A DNA stretch of 64,000 bases from Candidatus Micrarchaeota archaeon (lineage in GTDB: Archaea; Micrarchaeota; Micrarchaeia; Anstonellales; Bilamarchaeaceae): positions 1-64,000 of the forward strand of contig JBBSVN010000010.1 in the NCBI GenBank assembly GCA_038046765.1, written 5' to 3'. Below are positions 49,390 through 59,506 of the stretch, in pieces (the first letter of the stretch is position 1; the number at the start of each line of letters is the position of its first letter). A model generated the notes under the pieces. That model did not search any database, was not told the DNA's origin, and saw only the letters and a list, made by a program, of their open reading frames with translations. Both the position numbers and the translations under genes were made by a program.

Positions 49390-49511
49390 AATACTATTGC
49401 CTCAAACGAGTTTAAATAACTTTCTATCATCTTTTATAACATAATCTTTCAAATTATCAACTATTTTCACTTATTTAAAGCTTTAATAACATTTCGCTCC
49501 ATTATAAATTT

Positions 49512-50243
49512 ATGAATCCAATTTCAAGAGAACGAGTAATCATCGAAGCTTCAGCCCGCGTACTTACAAGTCGATATCACAAGGATTTACCATTTGAAAA
49601 AGCAGTCAATTTAGTAGAAAGAAATCGTGCTTTAGATAAACCGGCATTGTATGCTGGAGCAAATAAAAACATTGCAGATTTTCTTGCTACTGGGTGTAAA
49701 ATGGGTGTTTTTGTAGATCCAATGTACTCTCAAACCCGTCCATCTTCTGGTCAAACTAATTTACAATTATTTTTAGAAAATTTTAGGTCTTCTCTTTCGA
49801 TGATTGAAGGAGCAACAAATCCTACGATAAAGGAAGAAGGTAACATAAAAAAACGATCTGGAAAGTGGATTATGCGTTTTTATTTCCATAAAGAAGAACG
49901 AACTGTTGCTTGTTATGGCTCAAGTATAACTAGTCTTGGGGTTATGAGTGAGCCACCCGAATTAGAATCCGGAGTAACTCATTATACTACAGTTCATTTT
50001 CCTAGCGAGTGGAGAGAAAGTTTTACTCATCCGCATTTACTTTCTCTGGTTGTTCCTGGTGGTCATCTTGAAACATGGCATCCGCATACGGTACAACCAA
50101 TGCTAGACTTATATAAATTTGAGCTATTACATAGAAACGGATCTAATGATCAAATTAAGGCAATGCACGGAGAGCTTACTGTTAATGGTGTTTCCCTTTA
50201 CAATACACTTTTTGAATATGCTATTTTTAGGAAAAATGCGTAA
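49512..50243 (+). CDS. Hypothetical protein (orphan)
   Basis: 243-aa ORF with TTTAA box about 25 nt upstream. Confidence 0.68.
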   Translation: MNPISRERVIIEASARVLTSRYHKDLPFEKAVNLVERNRALDKPALYAGANKNIADFLATGCKMGVFVDPMYSQTRPSSGQTNLQLFLENFRSSLSMIEGATNPTIKEEGNIKKRSGKWIMRFYFHKEERTVACYGSSITSLGVMSEPPELESGVTHYTTVHFPSEWRESFTHPHLLSLVVPGGHLETWHPHTVQPMLDLYKFELLHRNGSNDQIKAMHGELTVNGVSLYNTLFEYAIFRKNA

Positions 50244-50302
50244 AATATCGAAACATTTATAAATAAGTTTTGATATGAATTAATATGAAAAAGTAGGTTT
50301 AG

Positions 50303-50584
50303 GTGAATAATTTGTACGAACACGTATCTATAATCGGTGAAAGAGGTCAAATTACAATTCCAAAAGACATTCGGGAAGTTGAAGGACTTAAAGAAAAAGA
50401 TAGAGTAATAATTAAAATTGAAGATAATAAAATAGTTATCGAAAAAATCACTACTGTTCAAAAGAAAAAACAAATTGAGTTACTAAAAGAAGGGTACAAG
50501 AAACTTGGTAAATTGTCCCTTGAAATAACAAAAGAATTTGAACATGCTGATAAAAGTGCAAACAGGTTTTTAGATGATTATTAA
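50303..50584 (+). CDS. AbrB/MazE-type antitoxin
   Basis: 'IGERGQITIPKDIREVEGLKEKDRV'; overlaps the toxin gene. Confidence 0.88.
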   Translation: MNNLYEHVSIIGERGQITIPKDIREVEGLKEKDRVIIKIEDNKIVIEKITTVQKKKQIELLKEGYKKLGKLSLEITKEFEHADKSANRFLDDY

Positions 50585-50921
50585 ACGTGGCGATGTAATT
50601 CGAGCTGACCTTGAACCAGTAAAAGGTTCAGAACAAGGTAAAATTAGACCCTGTTTAGTAATCCAAAATGACATTGGTAATTCCTTTAGTACAACAACAA
50701 TAATTGCTCCGCTTACATCACGGATCGAAAATGAAGATTATCCATTTGTAGTTTTTGTAAAAGCTGGTGAAGGTGGGCTCCCAAAAGATAGCCTAGTTTT
50801 ACTTAATCAAATAAGAACTATTTCAATGGAGAATCGGATTTTAGATAAATTAGGTTCACTATCAAACGAGACGATGAAAAAAGTTGACAATGCTTTAAAA
50901 GTTAGTTTGTCTTTGGATTAA
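50574..50921 (+). CDS. mazF: PemK/MazF toxin (endoribonuclease)
   Basis: 'KRGDV..ADL.PVKGSEQGKIRPCLVIQND.GN...TIIAPLTS...DS..L.NQIRTI'. Confidence 0.93.
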   Translation: MIIKRGDVIRADLEPVKGSEQGKIRPCLVIQNDIGNSFSTTTIIAPLTSRIENEDYPFVVFVKAGEGGLPKDSLVLLNQIRTISMENRILDKLGSLSNETMKKVDNALKVSLSLD

Positions 50922-50941
50922 TCAATTAATAGCAATCAACT

Positions 50942-51000
50942 TTGAGCCTTAAGCTGCGAATTCATATTTATTTGCTCATTGCCCAAAGCTCACTGCTCAA
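50942..51000. repeat. Heptamer-repeat element, inverted relative of 37967-38057
   Basis: ttgagcc ttaagct ... ttgctca ttgccca aagctca ctgctca resembles the reverse complement of 37967-38057 (ttgagcc ttgagct ... ttgccca atgccca ttgccca atgctca). Confidence 0.75.
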
Positions 51001-51048
51001 TAGTTAATATCGCTACCTTTAAAAACCTAAAGCGAGTTTTCACTTTTT

Positions 51049-54000
51049 ATGAATGCAAAATCAATCTTCTTCCTATTGTTTGTATGTTTTGTTAGTTTAT
51101 CTGGTTTAGCTTTTTCTCTTCCACCTGCTCCAACAGGTGGCGCATCGGTAACTTCGTGCAATGTTTGTGAAGATTTATCTTCGTATCAATCTTCATACAT
51201 GAATCTCATTCCTAATGAACAAACTTACAGCATTAATGTTGGGTTTTCTTCAGGAGCGCAGCGATTACCTGTTGGTAATGCACCAATAATGGTAAGAATA
51301 ACGCCTCAGGCTGCAGGTGCGCAACAAGGCTCTGGAGTAAGTGCAAATGCAGGAAATGCTGGTGATGGTGGAATAACACAACAACCACAACAAAGGTTTG
51401 TTCGTATATATACTAATTCGCAAGGAATTGCAAATTTTGATTTTAGTACTTATAGTGATAGTTGTAATAATTACGAATTTTTCTATTGTTATTCTTCACG
51501 AAGTTGCGGGTTTGCAAATTGTTTGGCTGTTTTAGGAATTAATCCAACTACTTACGCAAGTGTCGATGCTGTTCCTCTAGCTCGAGGTGCAAGTGCTGCA
51601 TCTGGAACACAAAGTCCGCTTAGGGTATTATCTTCGTCTGCTAAATATTCCTATTGTCCACCGCCTCCAGGATTAGGTACAAATGGTCAGGTTCCTGCAT
51701 TTTGTCTTGCCTTAGTTTTAATTTTTGCATTACTTGGTGGTGCAATGTACGTTGGCGGAAGAAATCCGTTTATGATGTTCGATTTTAGCGCTCCAAGGTT
51801 AAGTAAACATATAAGGTACAGTGCAAGCGGAAGAAGTTTTAGTGTTGAGCCACTTAATGCGGCTAAGGCTGTTAGTACGGGAGCTAAACTTGCAACTAGT
51901 GCTGGACGAGATGATGTAAAAAAAGCTGAAAAAGGAAATCTTATTGGACAATTTAAGGGTCTAGCAGATAAAGTTAATATGGTACTTCCAACAGAACGAG
52001 GAAGTCAACTAAGGCAAAAAGCAAAAGATGCCAGAGAAGCTATGCGAACTGCTCCTACTGCTGATTCTTCTTCATCAATTTCAAACAGACTTGGAAGGTC
52101 GCTTGGTGATGCCGTTAATTTAGGTAAAGGAATGCCTATATTTTCAATTGGTGATAAAGCCAAATCTACTTTTGCTAGTGGCTTAGAGACAGGTGGAGAC
52201 ATATCAAAGAAACTTGGAATACCATCTATAGTTGGAAAATTTTTAGGAGTTGCAGGTGGTTTTCTTGGTGCATTTATCGCAGGAACATCAATCGGTATGC
52301 TCGTTTTAGATTTAGTTCGTTCAATGAAAGATGTTGGAAATGCATGGAACGCACATGGTAGTACAAAAGAAGCAGTAGAAGCTATGCAAGCAAGAACCTG
52401 CTTTGGACAATACTGCTATGAACAAAAAATTAAGACTGAACCTATGCTTGATAAAGACGGAAAACCAGTTCTAGGAAAAGAAGGTTTACCTATGCAAGTT
52501 CCTGTTTTAGATAAAAATGGACAGCCTCAGGTACTTTCTGTTCAATGGTATAATGGAAGTAAAAAAGTTAATGAATATGATATGCTACTTGATTCAAAAG
52601 GTAAATCTGTACTAGGCACTGATGGCAAACCTGTTTTAATATCTAATATTCCTTCCGTTGTTAAAAACGAAATGCTTCTAGATAGAAACTTTAAATTCGA
52701 GCGATTATTCGCAACTTTGCAAAAAGTAACTGCCGGTGAAATACGAGATCATAAACAAGCAGCTATGGAAAAGTTTGAATCATTCGTAGATGTTGATCCT
52801 AAGAAATTTGTTGCTTCAGTGCAGGCAGTTTCAAAAGAACTTAAAGCAAAGGTTGCTGCACTAGAAAAATTACCTCAAGATACGCAAACCAAGGAAAAGA
52901 TTGCTGAACTTAAATCTGTAGTTGCAAAAATAGATGTGGTAATTTCGCAGTCAAAAGGTAATTATGACTTAGCTTCAGTTAAGTTTGGCTTATTAGGCAC
53001 AGAATTCAAGGATGCATTAACTAAATCGATTGGTTTTGAATTTACTGGTAAAAAATCTGTAGTTTCCTTATCAGCTGAACTTGATTCTAAGTTAGATGAA
53101 CTTAAGAAATTACCTGCGACCGCAGAAACTACTTCAAAAATTGCAGAACTTAATACACTTATTTCAAAAGTCAATGGGGTCATATCGGAATCAAAAGGTA
53201 ATTTAGATTTAGCTTCAACTAAATTAGATTCACTGGGTGCTGGTTTTAAGGATTCTTTAACTCAATCTCTTGGTTCAGAACGTGGAGAAAAATTACTTCT
53301 TACAATGGAAGCAGCTGCTACAAAAGGAGCTTTAGAAATTGGTGCAGTAAGTACAATTAAAGAAAATATATCTTTCAAATTAAATAATCTAGCTGCTGAT
53401 GGGAAATTAGATTCTAAGGAATTAAAAGAACTTAAAACAGAATTAGTCCAAGCAGAAAAATCTGGAGATTACAGTAAAGTAACTGCAATCGTTTGCGGAA
53501 TGGAATCAAACACATCTCAAAAATCTGCGTTAGTTAGTGCAGTAGGAGAAAAAGCTGCAGAATTTTTAATTAGTGATGCAAGTACATTAAAAAATGCTCA
53601 GGCAACAATTGCGAAAGTCGAAACACTGCTTGCAGCAATTCCAGCAAAACAAATTGATAAATTAGATTTAGACGACTTGAAAAAATTAGTTGATGAAAAG
53701 AAATACGACCAAATTTTAGAGTACGTTGCAAAGCCATCTAATAATTACAAACTTCAAGGTTTGGCAGTTGAAACAGAAGGAGCTAAAGTTGCTGTTGTTA
53801 CTTTTGATTCCAAGGATGTTTCATCTGGTAAAATTTCTCTAAACGGTGCCAAGGAATTTGACTTCGTAGTTTCTTCAAAATCTCTTAGTGCAACAGAGAA
53901 AGTTGAATATGGTAAAAAAGCAGAAGCACTTGCAGAAGCTCTTTCAACACTTCCAGCTGAACAAAGAACTGAATATGGTTTAGACAAAATAATTAATGCA

Positions 54001-55782
54001 TTAGCTAGTGGCAATGCGGACAGTGTACAACAAGCATTTTACTCTGCCAAACTTCCAAAAGACCTAAATGATAAACTTGAAGAAGGATTATCTTCTGCCA
54101 GAGCAAGTACATACGTTGCAGAAATAAATAAAAATGTCAAAGACTTACCTTCATCTGTTTTTGCTGCAATCGAGTTAAATCGTGCAATTGAAGATGGTAA
54201 CTTTAATAATTTTTCAAAAATAATGACTGCCAGATCAAACAATGCATTTACCGAGTCCCTTATGCAGTTTTCCTATACTAATCGTGAACTAGTTGCTGAT
54301 TTGACATCAGTAAAACTTAGTGAACACTTAGTAATGTCAGCTCAGCAAAATGAAGACTTATTAAAGAAAATGAATGTTCAATTAGAATCCTTTGGTGCTG
54401 ACGCAAATAAATACCAGGGAATTAGTTCAAAATATCTTGGTAAAGCCGGAGATGAATTTACAGAAGTTGTTCGTGATGCAAGTCCAGAAAAACTTTTAGA
54501 ACTTAGTATGAAATATGAAAAAGACAAACAACTACTTTCAGCCGATGCTTCAAAATATGGTCTTAAACCAGAAGAGTTTAAACGAGACTTATCTGCAATG
54601 TACTCATTATCGTTAGGTTTAGAAGAAACCTATCAAAGAAACAAATCTGCTGCTGATGGAATATACATGCAAGGAATGACTTTTGTTGCTCCTTCGTTAG
54701 CTGCACAGGAAATTCTAAGTGCAACAATGCCAAAAGCACCAACAGTACCAACTTACAATGATTCAACTAAAATGCGCGATGTTTTAGAACACGCAGCAGA
54801 CAGCGTTGAATTAGCAGAGCGTGATAGGTTAAGATTCCAGGCACAGCTTAGTGCGAGTTTAGTTAATCCTAAGATTGACTTTTCGATATTCCAAATTTCA
54901 CCTGGTGCAGCAACACAAATTCCTCCTGCTGTTCAGAGGGATTATTATCGTGATATTGGGAGTTATTATGATAAAGTTGCAAATGGAAATGAAAGTAAGT
55001 ATTCTGAAAATTTTGCAACTCTAGGAAAAATAATGGGGCAGCTCGCAGAAGAAAAAAATCCTGAAAGAGCCAAGGAATTAATTGTTTGTGCAAGAGCTAT
55101 TGCAAATAATACTGGTACTGCCGATACATATTATCAATATGCCGAAAGAGCAGATCCTGACAAACCAGGTTATTTAGAAGGTTTTAATCGTTCAAGAAGA
55201 ATTGCTGAAGCTAGAGATACTGCTCAGACTGATGCTCTAAAATCTTTACCTAAAAAAGATATTGATGAGTTTACTAAAAATACTTTTTCAGGAGATTTAA
55301 TCCCTTCTTATGAAACAACCAATCCGGTAGAAAAAAAGAAGAATGACGAATTCCGTAAAGATGTACTATCTAAAATAAAGGGGGGCACTACTGATGAAAA
55401 AATTGAGTTTATGGTAAAATATTCTAAAGATGATGTCGTTGATAAATTTTTATTAGAACATAATGCTACTTTATCTAAGGAAGGTAAAAAACCTGAAGTA
55501 GTTTCCTATGAAAAAGTGCTTGGAGAATTTGCTATCTGGGAAACAAAAGAAAGTGCTGCTGTTGAAATGATGAAAGCTTCAAAAGATAAGAAATCTCCAG
55601 AATTGCAACCATTCGAACCTCCTAAATTTTCATTCCTTGATCAGGATAAATACAAATCGATAAGGACTGCATCGGAACGTTCTTATTCATCAGAAGAATA
55701 CAAAGACATATATGATATAGGAACTTCAGGTAGTAGAGGAATGCGTTACGATCCAATACTAAAACGCATGGTTTATGAATAG
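51049..55782 (+). CDS. Giant membrane-spanning protein (1577 aa): Cys-rich ectodomain, TM, large charged helical domain
   Basis: Signal peptide; about 190-aa Cys-containing ectodomain; TM then 'GRNPFMMFDFSAPR'; second Gly-rich hydrophobic segment; LDKDGKPV repeats; about 80-aa internal duplication. Confidence 0.8.
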   Translation: MNAKSIFFLLFVCFVSLSGLAFSLPPAPTGGASVTSCNVCEDLSSYQSSYMNLIPNEQTYSINVGFSSGAQRLPVGNAPIMVRITPQAAGAQQGSGVSANAGNAGDGGITQQPQQRFVRIYTNSQGIANFDFSTYSDSCNNYEFFYCYSSRSCGFANCLAVLGINPTTYASVDAVPLARGASAASGTQSPLRVLSSSAKYSYCPPPPGLGTNGQVPAFCLALVLIFALLGGAMYVGGRNPFMMFDFSAPRLSKHIRYSASGRSFSVEPLNAAKAVSTGAKLATSAGRDDVKKAEKGNLIGQFKGLADKVNMVLPTERGSQLRQKAKDAREAMRTAPTADSSSSISNRLGRSLGDAVNLGKGMPIFSIGDKAKSTFASGLETGGDISKKLGIPSIVGKFLGVAGGFLGAFIAGTSIGMLVLDLVRSMKDVGNAWNAHGSTKEAVEAMQARTCFGQYCYEQKIKTEPMLDKDGKPVLGKEGLPMQVPVLDKNGQPQVLSVQWYNGSKKVNEYDMLLDSKGKSVLGTDGKPVLISNIPSVVKNEMLLDRNFKFERLFATLQKVTAGEIRDHKQAAMEKFESFVDVDPKKFVASVQAVSKELKAKVAALEKLPQDTQTKEKIAELKSVVAKIDVVISQSKGNYDLASVKFGLLGTEFKDALTKSIGFEFTGKKSVVSLSAELDSKLDELKKLPATAETTSKIAELNTLISKVNGVISESKGNLDLASTKLDSLGAGFKDSLTQSLGSERGEKLLLTMEAAATKGALEIGAVSTIKENISFKLNNLAADGKLDSKELKELKTELVQAEKSGDYSKVTAIVCGMESNTSQKSALVSAVGEKAAEFLISDASTLKNAQATIAKVETLLAAIPAKQIDKLDLDDLKKLVDEKKYDQILEYVAKPSNNYKLQGLAVETEGAKVAVVTFDSKDVSSGKISLNGAKEFDFVVSSKSLSATEKVEYGKKAEALAEALSTLPAEQRTEYGLDKIINALASGNADSVQQAFYSAKLPKDLNDKLEEGLSSARASTYVAEINKNVKDLPSSVFAAIELNRAIEDGNFNNFSKIMTARSNNAFTESLMQFSYTNRELVADLTSVKLSEHLVMSAQQNEDLLKKMNVQLESFGADANKYQGISSKYLGKAGDEFTEVVRDASPEKLLELSMKYEKDKQLLSADASKYGLKPEEFKRDLSAMYSLSLGLEETYQRNKSAADGIYMQGMTFVAPSLAAQEILSATMPKAPTVPTYNDSTKMRDVLEHAADSVELAERDRLRFQAQLSASLVNPKIDFSIFQISPGAATQIPPAVQRDYYRDIGSYYDKVANGNESKYSENFATLGKIMGQLAEEKNPERAKELIVCARAIANNTGTADTYYQYAERADPDKPGYLEGFNRSRRIAEARDTAQTDALKSLPKKDIDEFTKNTFSGDLIPSYETTNPVEKKKNDEFRKDVLSKIKGGTTDEKIEFMVKYSKDDVVDKFLLEHNATLSKEGKKPEVVSYEKVLGEFAIWETKESAAVEMMKASKDKKSPELQPFEPPKFSFLDQDKYKSIRTASERSYSSEEYKDIYDIGTSGSRGMRYDPILKRMVYE

Positions 55783-55827
55783 TCTAAATTCGTAATGCTT
55801 TTAACCCCTCCCTCCATAATATATAAC

Positions 55828-56364
55828 ATGCAAAAACTAAAATTTAGTAGAAGTAAAATACTTACGGCTGTTTCATTAGCCTTTCTTTTAACTAGTTGTA
55901 AAAATAAAAGCGAAAACTTAAAAACTTCTGATGCGTCAGCTATTCCTGATGGTGCAATTATGGGAGATGAAGGAAAATTAAAAGGCTTGGTGCCGAAAAA
56001 GACATCAAATCTAGAAGGACTTACGCCAGAAGTAAGGGAATTTACGATTACAATAAGAGATATGCTCAAATCCTTAGATAATTTAGCAAAGAATCCAAAT
56101 CCAAAATTAAAGAAAATGAATACTGAACTTTCTAACCTAGAAGATAGAATCGAGAAAACACCCGTAACAGATAAACCTACGTTGATTAAACTGATGGCAG
56201 AACTTAAAAGTTACGAAAAAAAAATAAAAGAGCAGGCTGAAAAAGGAAGCGAAGGAGACAAAGCGCGTTATCAGTTAATGAGGGGAAAATTTCATGAAAT
56301 GGGTCGTGATCTCACACTTAAAATAGCAGAATCAAACCGAAGAAAAGATATACTTAAAAATTGA
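55828..56364 (+). CDS. Putative lipoprotein, coiled-coil
   Basis: Lipobox 'FLLTSC'; TTTTAA box about 25 nt upstream of ATG 55828. Confidence 0.65.
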   Translation: MQKLKFSRSKILTAVSLAFLLTSCKNKSENLKTSDASAIPDGAIMGDEGKLKGLVPKKTSNLEGLTPEVREFTITIRDMLKSLDNLAKNPNPKLKKMNTELSNLEDRIEKTPVTDKPTLIKLMAELKSYEKKIKEQAEKGSEGDKARYQLMRGKFHEMGRDLTLKIAESNRRKDILKN

Positions 56365-56368
56365 AAAA

Positions 56369-57673
56369 CTAGTCCATAATTCCTGAGCTTTTAAGAATTG
56401 GACTGGATTTATTAAAAAATCGTACGGCAAATGGATCCGAACTAATCGTCATGCTAAGTTTCGCGTACTTTTCAGGGTTTGACTGTAATTCATTAAGAAA
56501 AACCATTATTGGTCTTGCAGCTCGGATATCTGCGCGTTCATAATTCTTATCTTTTAATTCCATAGATAAAAGGGAAATCTGGATCGTCTCATTTTTAGTT
56601 AATTCTAATGAAGGCGTATTTGAAAAAAGTTCCCTGCGGTCAAATGCCTTGTTGAAAAAACCAGCTCCGAATACTGCATCGACAGAATCTCTCATTTTAG
56701 TAATGTCTCCTTTACTTAACGCATCTTTAGCTCCGGGAATTTTTTCAATTATTGCATAAACTGTTCCAGCAACTGGATAAACCATATCTCCTGAAACTCT
56801 GGATTCTTCCAATGTTGCTCTTCCTTCATTTAATGCGGTTGGGATGCTGCTACTTGAAGCAAGGCCACGTGCTCTAACTGCACGGTCAAGCTCGGCATGA
56901 GTTAATTCATGAACTAGTGTTCCTTTAAGCAAATTTGGATTTTGGCGTATTTCACCTAGATCAACTATAATCGTGCCGCGTTTGTCCTCTCCGTAAGCGA
57001 TGTTTTGATAAACTGCCTGACCCCTTACTTCTCCAGAAGGTACAATTTTGATTAAAGGCAAATCTTTTGATAACGAATTAAAATCAGGGGATTTAGTTGC
57101 AAGATATGAAGCGGCGGCTGCTAGTTCTTGTTGTGCAAACATAATAATTTGTTGATCAGTCCCAGTTTTCAAATAAGACAAATCTCTTTCAGGCACCTTT
57201 AATCTAGAAACTTTTTCTCCCTCAATTATTGTTGCAGTTGGCTTTTTAGATTCAATTAGTTTATCAACAAAACTTTTCAATTCTTTACTGCCTTGTTGGT
57301 ATTCTGCCCAACCTTGTTCTTTGTTTTCTGGTATAATTCCATACTTTGAAGTTATGCTATACATTTGTTCCATCTGGGACAAATTCAATAACTTTCCACT
57401 TTTTTTCAAAGACACCCGGTAAAAATCCATTTCAATTTTTAATGCTACAAATGGGCTAGTACTCGCTAATTCCCTAAATATTTCTTTTTTTACTTCGCTC
57501 TTTAAATCGCCTGATTTTTTAGATTGGTCGATTGCACGGCTAATTGCATCCTGCTTTGATTGATCTGATAATGTTGCACCATATTTTCGATAGTTGTCCA
57601 TTACAGTAGAAACAATTTTTTGTGCTTCTTCTTGTAATTTATTTAAGGGAGTAGAAATTTCTTTTTCAACCAT
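56369..57673 (-). CDS. Zn-metallopeptidase-like protein (gluzincin motif), no signal peptide
   Basis: 'TLVHELTHAE' plus downstream 'LNEGRA' third-ligand motif. Confidence 0.7.
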   Translation of the reverse strand: MVEKEISTPLNKLQEEAQKIVSTVMDNYRKYGATLSDQSKQDAISRAIDQSKKSGDLKSEVKKEIFRELASTSPFVALKIEMDFYRVSLKKSGKLLNLSQMEQMYSITSKYGIIPENKEQGWAEYQQGSKELKSFVDKLIESKKPTATIIEGEKVSRLKVPERDLSYLKTGTDQQIIMFAQQELAAAASYLATKSPDFNSLSKDLPLIKIVPSGEVRGQAVYQNIAYGEDKRGTIIVDLGEIRQNPNLLKGTLVHELTHAELDRAVRARGLASSSSIPTALNEGRATLEESRVSGDMVYPVAGTVYAIIEKIPGAKDALSKGDITKMRDSVDAVFGAGFFNKAFDRRELFSNTPSLELTKNETIQISLLSMELKDKNYERADIRAARPIMVFLNELQSNPEKYAKLSMTISSDPFAVRFFNKSSPILKSSGIMD

Positions 57674-57760
57674 ATTAATATAAATGTGTTAATAATTAAA
57701 AGATAGCTTATCTAAAAAGATTATACAAAGTAAATTAAATCTCTGCTAGCATTATTTCTT

Positions 57761-59506
57761 ATGCAAATATTATGTAAACCCATCATTTTTATATTATTTT
57801 TGTTCATTCTTAGCTCCACATCATTTTCCGATAATACGTTTAGTAGGTTAAGGTTCGTAGCTACAAATCAGTTCTCTGCCCCTTTAGAAAATGTTTCATT
57901 TTTTCTGCAGTGTAATGTTGATTCTTCACCAATGCCAATATTTCCGATGAATGGCAAAACTTTTATCTGCCAGTCAAATAAAGCGGGTATTTGTGACCCT
58001 GGTGCATGTTTTGCCTGTTCTGCAAATTCTACTGCGACAGTTTACGCAGATTATTATGGTGAAGAAGTTTCCCAGTCAATAATTCGCTGGCAAGGATACC
58101 GCTATTATACGGACTGTTACGCTATAACTGCTCCTGCAAATACACTTTCCCCATTTATCTTTAGAGATTATGAGCTTATTATACAATTAAGGGATCAGAA
58201 TAGTGATTATGTAAAAGGAGCAAATATAATTGTGAGTTCCCTAAATTATTTTTATGCAACATGCCAGACTGATGAAGTCGGTGAATGTATACTATATAAT
58301 GTTCCTCAAGGTACCAGCTACAATGTAAAAGCAACTTACAATGATGCACAGATTGGGGATTCTTTTGCGCTAAATGATAACAAGATCCTTAAACTAATAA
58401 TTAATATTAAGCCAAAGTTATATAATTTAGAATTTAGGTTCTTTGATAAAAATAATAAACCAGTAAGTGGATTTGAACTTTTTGTATATTCCAATACTAA
58501 GTCCGCCTATCTGATTAATATAAAATCTACCAAAGTTAAAGAACTTGTTCAGATGTCTAAAGGAGATTCAATAAGTTATATCGCAAAATACCAGAATAAT
58601 ACCATAAAAACTGAAACATTCACAGCCGATTCAGATAAAAATATTTCCATCATCTTAAGCTGCGAATTATGCAATGATGGAGTTTGTAAATTGTCTTGTG
58701 CATTGCCAGCAATTCCTCAAGCAATCAATAATTCTAGTACTACTGAAGTTAATATTTCAATAAATAGTTCCCTAAATATAACCCAAAATAACATTTCCTT
58801 AGATGATTTCCTATACATCATAAATAAAATTGACTTACTTGTCCAAAAGGAAAAACAGAAAAAGCCTAAGCTAAAACTAGTTTTTGTACCCATTGGATAT
58901 AATGAAACAGATTACGAAGATTTTAAACAGATCGCCCAAGTCTCAGTTGACCGTTTTCTTGAAGTTAGTCCATTAAGGGAATGCAGTAATCCTAGAGATA
59001 CTGTTGATATCATTCTTATTAACTTAAGTTCTTGCAATATAAACGGCTGCTCAGAAATTTGCGATGATGGGACTTTAAATAATTGTCAGGTTCTTGTTCA
59101 AAAATGTGTAAAGGAGAATGTTCAAAAATACGACAAAATCATTGGTTTATGCGAGGGAAATTCTTGTGGTAGCCTTTCTGATGCAGGATGTGCAAATCAA
59201 ATTCCAGGAGTTAGTGCTGTATTAAATACTCAAAATAGTTTGACTATTTCAAAGAAAAGAGTAACTCATGAATTAGGGCACATTTTTGGATTATCTCACA
59301 TAAAATCAAAAGATGGTTTGAATGGATGTATTGATGATGAACAGGGAGCATGTATCGATCCAAATGGTTCTGATTGTAGTTTGTCTGCAGAAGAAATCTC
59401 AAAAAATATTATGGCTTATTGCCCAATTAGAGAAACGTATGGACCTGCAGGATATCGCTATCTTAAAAATATTGTACTTTACAACTATACAAAGGTGTGT
59501 AAATGA
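57761..59506 (+). CDS. Secreted metzincin metalloprotease with N-terminal beta-sandwich repeats
   Basis: Signal peptide; 'LKLVFVPIGY...F...A....FL..SP'; HELGHIFGLSH; Met-turn 'NIMAY'. Confidence 0.82.
   Translation: MQILCKPIIFILFLFILSSTSFSDNTFSRLRFVATNQFSAPLENVSFFLQCNVDSSPMPIFPMNGKTFICQSNKAGICDPGACFACSANSTATVYADYYGEEVSQSIIRWQGYRYYTDCYAITAPANTLSPFIFRDYELIIQLRDQNSDYVKGANIIVSSLNYFYATCQTDEVGECILYNVPQGTSYNVKATYNDAQIGDSFALNDNKILKLIINIKPKLYNLEFRFFDKNNKPVSGFELFVYSNTKSAYLINIKSTKVKELVQMSKGDSISYIAKYQNNTIKTETFTADSDKNISIILSCELCNDGVCKLSCALPAIPQAINNSSTTEVNISINSSLNITQNNISLDDFLYIINKIDLLVQKEKQKKPKLKLVFVPIGYNETDYEDFKQIAQVSVDRFLEVSPLRECSNPRDTVDIILINLSSCNINGCSEICDDGTLNNCQVLVQKCVKENVQKYDKIIGLCEGNSCGSLSDAGCANQIPGVSAVLNTQNSLTISKKRVTHELGHIFGLSHIKSKDGLNGCIDDEQGACIDPNGSDCSLSAEEISKNIMAYCPIRETYGPAGYRYLKNIVLYNYTKVCK

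Noticed and set aside
41225..55782. Diversity-generating retroelement targeting the giant proteins
   Set aside because: No reverse transcriptase and no TR/VR pair with adenine-specific mismatches was noticed.
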